From assembly GCA_035996065.1 (NCBI GenBank), contig DASYJX010000037.1:31296-95295 (forward strand): a DNA stretch of 64,000 nt, given 5' to 3'. Shown here one piece after another: positions 63,001 through 64,000 of the stretch (position 1 is its first letter; each line of letters opens with the position of its first letter). Position numbers and translations under genes: made by a program. Under the pieces are notes generated by a model. It saw only the letters and a list, made by a program, of their open reading frames with translations. It was not told the origin of the DNA and ran no database searches. Source of the stretch: Steroidobacteraceae bacterium (GTDB lineage: Bacteria; Pseudomonadota; Gammaproteobacteria; Steroidobacterales; Steroidobacteraceae).

Positions 63001-63086
63001 CATACCGCGGATAACGCGATTGCCCCGCACAGCGCAGAGAAGGTCGCACGCACGTTTGATGTCGTTCCGTCAATCCAAATGCCCAT
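60051..63086 (-). CDS. TonB-dependent receptor, large (about 1011 aa) class
   Basis: From ORF 60051-63155 (TTG). I prefer ATG 63086, which is preceded by GGGGAG. Signal peptide ...FSALCGAIALSAVCSSAALG. Plug motifs are LEELVVVGSR and VKRVEVLTGGASSIYGSDAISGVVNFV. The terminal sequence is ...FVGLTAKY. Confidence 0.9.
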   Translation of the reverse strand: MGIWIDGTTSNVRATFSALCGAIALSAVCSSAALGDPPPPAATAAADSDRELEELVVVGSRFATSTTATISPVVTVDAAELSHQGTARAEDLLNNFPQLNAGLTNSANGAGVAPVTGTATADLRGIGSFNTLVLMNGRRLQPGDSINPSPDLNAIPTALVKRVEVLTGGASSIYGSDAISGVVNFVIDTDYSGAKLETEYGINRASNGNRFIQDVERAGAVQPRGDTVYDGRNIDLTGVVGKELFGGDGHAVAYAGYRRTAAIFGSSRDFGGCTLTETATSYRCLLDGTTPAGQFVPNGGAGNPLTIDSATGNSFRPFNLAQDGYNPAPYQTLTRPDTRYNAGLFGHYKFSSAADAYVETTFSEDRTSVLYEPSGTTATGAGLNTYGINCNNPLLSASELASLCTQYGLGAADTAQVQIGRRNAEGGYRQDEFRHRSYRLLVGLKGALGSAWTYDINAQWGNTDSHERLSNDFSNTRLANALDVVNVNGKPTCQSVVNGSDPSCVPYNIFSAGAVTPAALDYIGATGAQDGYARQYDVGGQVVGDLGKYGIKSPLSDDGIGLSGGAEFRSQSISNQPNAAYLTGDLLVTGGARPTFGTYHVGEVFVETRIPLVEDRPFVKSLTLDLSDRLAQYSPQGSANAYNFGVEYSPDEAIRFRGTLSRAVRAPNGHELFLSQIVQQFGFSDPCANDPTTGVPSATQAQCARAGVSAAQYGKIAPATTTNVLTGGNPNLKPQIADTLTGGVVLTPRSLARTLFVSVDYWRIKINKYIGSLPANATLNNCLDNGDPIYCSLIVRDATGSLSIGTGPAAGRIIATGLNTGSYEESGTDIDGRYVLNLESLNLAKAGSVSFSFAGTVALDNVITTVPGLPAADCTGYYGPTCTGEGPTSPIPRWRHKLRTTWQSPNGFEASLNWRHIGHLKSEQLSGNPQLATGTAYPIDSKVPAYDYFDLDVGFDIGQHVNLRLGVNNLLDKQPPVVGFNLNPLLVNGNMLAPMYDTYGRYLFVGLTAKY

Positions 63087-63180
63087 ATCGCCACTCCCCG
63101 TTGTCCATGTGTCTGTTCTTGGAATCGACTCAAATCCAACGCTACGGGCCGGCAACGCCGGGCTTCGTAGCAGCGCCGCC

Positions 63181-64000
63181 TTAGCCGCGCAGCAGCGGCG
63201 TAAATTCCTTTACGTCCGTCACGTTCTCCAGCGAGGCAACGAGCGCGATCAGCGCTTCCGTCTTCGTTTTCGGCCAATTGGCGTACTCGGCGCAGCCTCG
63301 AAACTTCGTGGCCGCCTCCGCGTAGGTCATCGGATCGGCTGGGCTGCCCTTGCCGTAAATCGCCTCGCCGGTTATCACCTTGCCGTCGTTCAGCGTAATT
63401 CTTATCAACGAGGTCATCTTGTCGAAGCCCGCCGCCTCGGCCTGCGGATCGACGTAGTACTTGATTTTGCCGATCATTGTCTGCACGTCCGGCCGCCGCA
63501 CCACCGCATCGGTGAATTGCGGCAGTCCGCCCTTACGTTCCAGGAGCAGGATGGCCATGCAAAATTCCATGCTGAATTTCCCTTCCAGTCCGTTCTTCGG
63601 ATCGTGACGCAGCAACGCCTGATACATGGCGTGATTGGCGCCGACTTCGACCTTCTTGACCTGTCCCGGCCGAATGTCATGCCGCTCGATCAGGCGCATC
63701 ATTTCAGTCATGGCCGGATGACTGAGAGATCCCGACGGATACGGTTTGAGCGAGATCCCCGGCGAGGCAAACGTCCACGGGGCACCGAGTTTGTTCATGA
63801 TCGCCGCGGGATCGTAGGTGCCGCCCGCCGCTCGGAAGAACCCGCGTTGTGCTTCCAGAATGTTCTGCGCCGCCGTCCAACCGAGATCGGTTAGCTGCGC
63901 CGCGATCAGGCCGCTTTCCGCGGCGTGTCCCGCCTGGAAGGGCTTGGTCATGGTGCCAAAATTTTCGCGCAATCCTGCCGCTTCGCTCGCTGCGATTCCA
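63181..64000 (-). CDS. MmgE/PrpD-family protein (2-methylcitrate dehydratase-like); only the C-terminal part is present because the gene continues beyond the right edge
   Basis: The frame is open to the window end. Contains FGTMTKPFQAGHAAESGLIAAQL, LKPYPSGSLSHPAM and GKFSMEFCMAILL, which are typical of the PrpD fold. Confidence 0.8.
   Translation of the reverse strand, partial: GIAASEAAGLRENFGTMTKPFQAGHAAESGLIAAQLTDLGWTAAQNILEAQRGFFRAAGGTYDPAAIMNKLGAPWTFASPGISLKPYPSGSLSHPAMTEMMRLIERHDIRPGQVKKVEVGANHAMYQALLRHDPKNGLEGKFSMEFCMAILLLERKGGLPQFTDAVVRRPDVQTMIGKIKYYVDPQAEAAGFDKMTSLIRITLNDGKVITGEAIYGKGSPADPMTYAEAATKFRGCAEYANWPKTKTEALIALVASLENVTDVKEFTPLLRG

Noticed and set aside
1-64000. A scan for tRNA/rRNA genes, CRISPR arrays, IS elements, integrases, phage genes and toxin-antitoxin pairs.
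   Set aside because: I saw none: no repeat-spacer periodicity, no transposase- or integrase-like translations, and no tRNA-like T-arm strings in the intergenic regions. This was done by eye only and needs confirmation with tRNAscan/Infernal/ISfinder-type tools.

Overview
This is a 64-kb, high-GC, gene-dense chromosomal segment from a Gram-negative, proteobacterial-type organism. I count about 42 protein genes. By eye I found no rRNA or tRNA genes, no CRISPR array, and no transposase or integrase. Three themes are interleaved. (1) There is a paralog-rich gene set for catabolism of methylated amines and quaternary ammonium compounds. It comprises two DMGDH-like flavoenzymes, two complete heterotetrameric sarcosine oxidase operons (soxBDAG), two Rieske GbcA-like oxygenases (one truncated at the left edge), two non-pyrrolysine MttB-superfamily methyltransferases, two GlxA/GbdR-type AraC regulators, a choline sulfatase, an Fpr-type ferredoxin-NADP reductase, a LysR regulator and two MFS transporters. 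(2) There are five TonB-dependent receptors. Four of them are physically paired with three paralogous, leaderless TPR + PAPS-sulfotransferase proteins: a tandemly duplicated receptor->sulfotransferase module at 9.2-19.3 kb, and an inverted-order sulfotransferase->receptor->receptor module at 41.3-48.4 kb. I think this recurring pairing is the best candidate for an undescribed system. (3) Secreted hydrolases (an SxxK beta-lactamase-fold protein, an S33 alpha/beta hydrolase and an S9 peptidase) flank those modules. There is also an odd operon that joins a signal-peptide-bearing histidine/phenylalanine ammonia-lyase homolog lacking the MIO Ala-Ser-Gly triad, a leaderless PhnD-fold protein, a membrane di-iron desaturase/hydroxylase, an MHS-type MFS transporter and choline sulfatase. 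Many ORF-track starts were trimmed to internal starts where the N-terminal extension overlapped the upstream gene. The numerous long antisense ORFs are treated as high-GC shadows. All functional calls rest on motifs read directly from the translations; no database search was possible.
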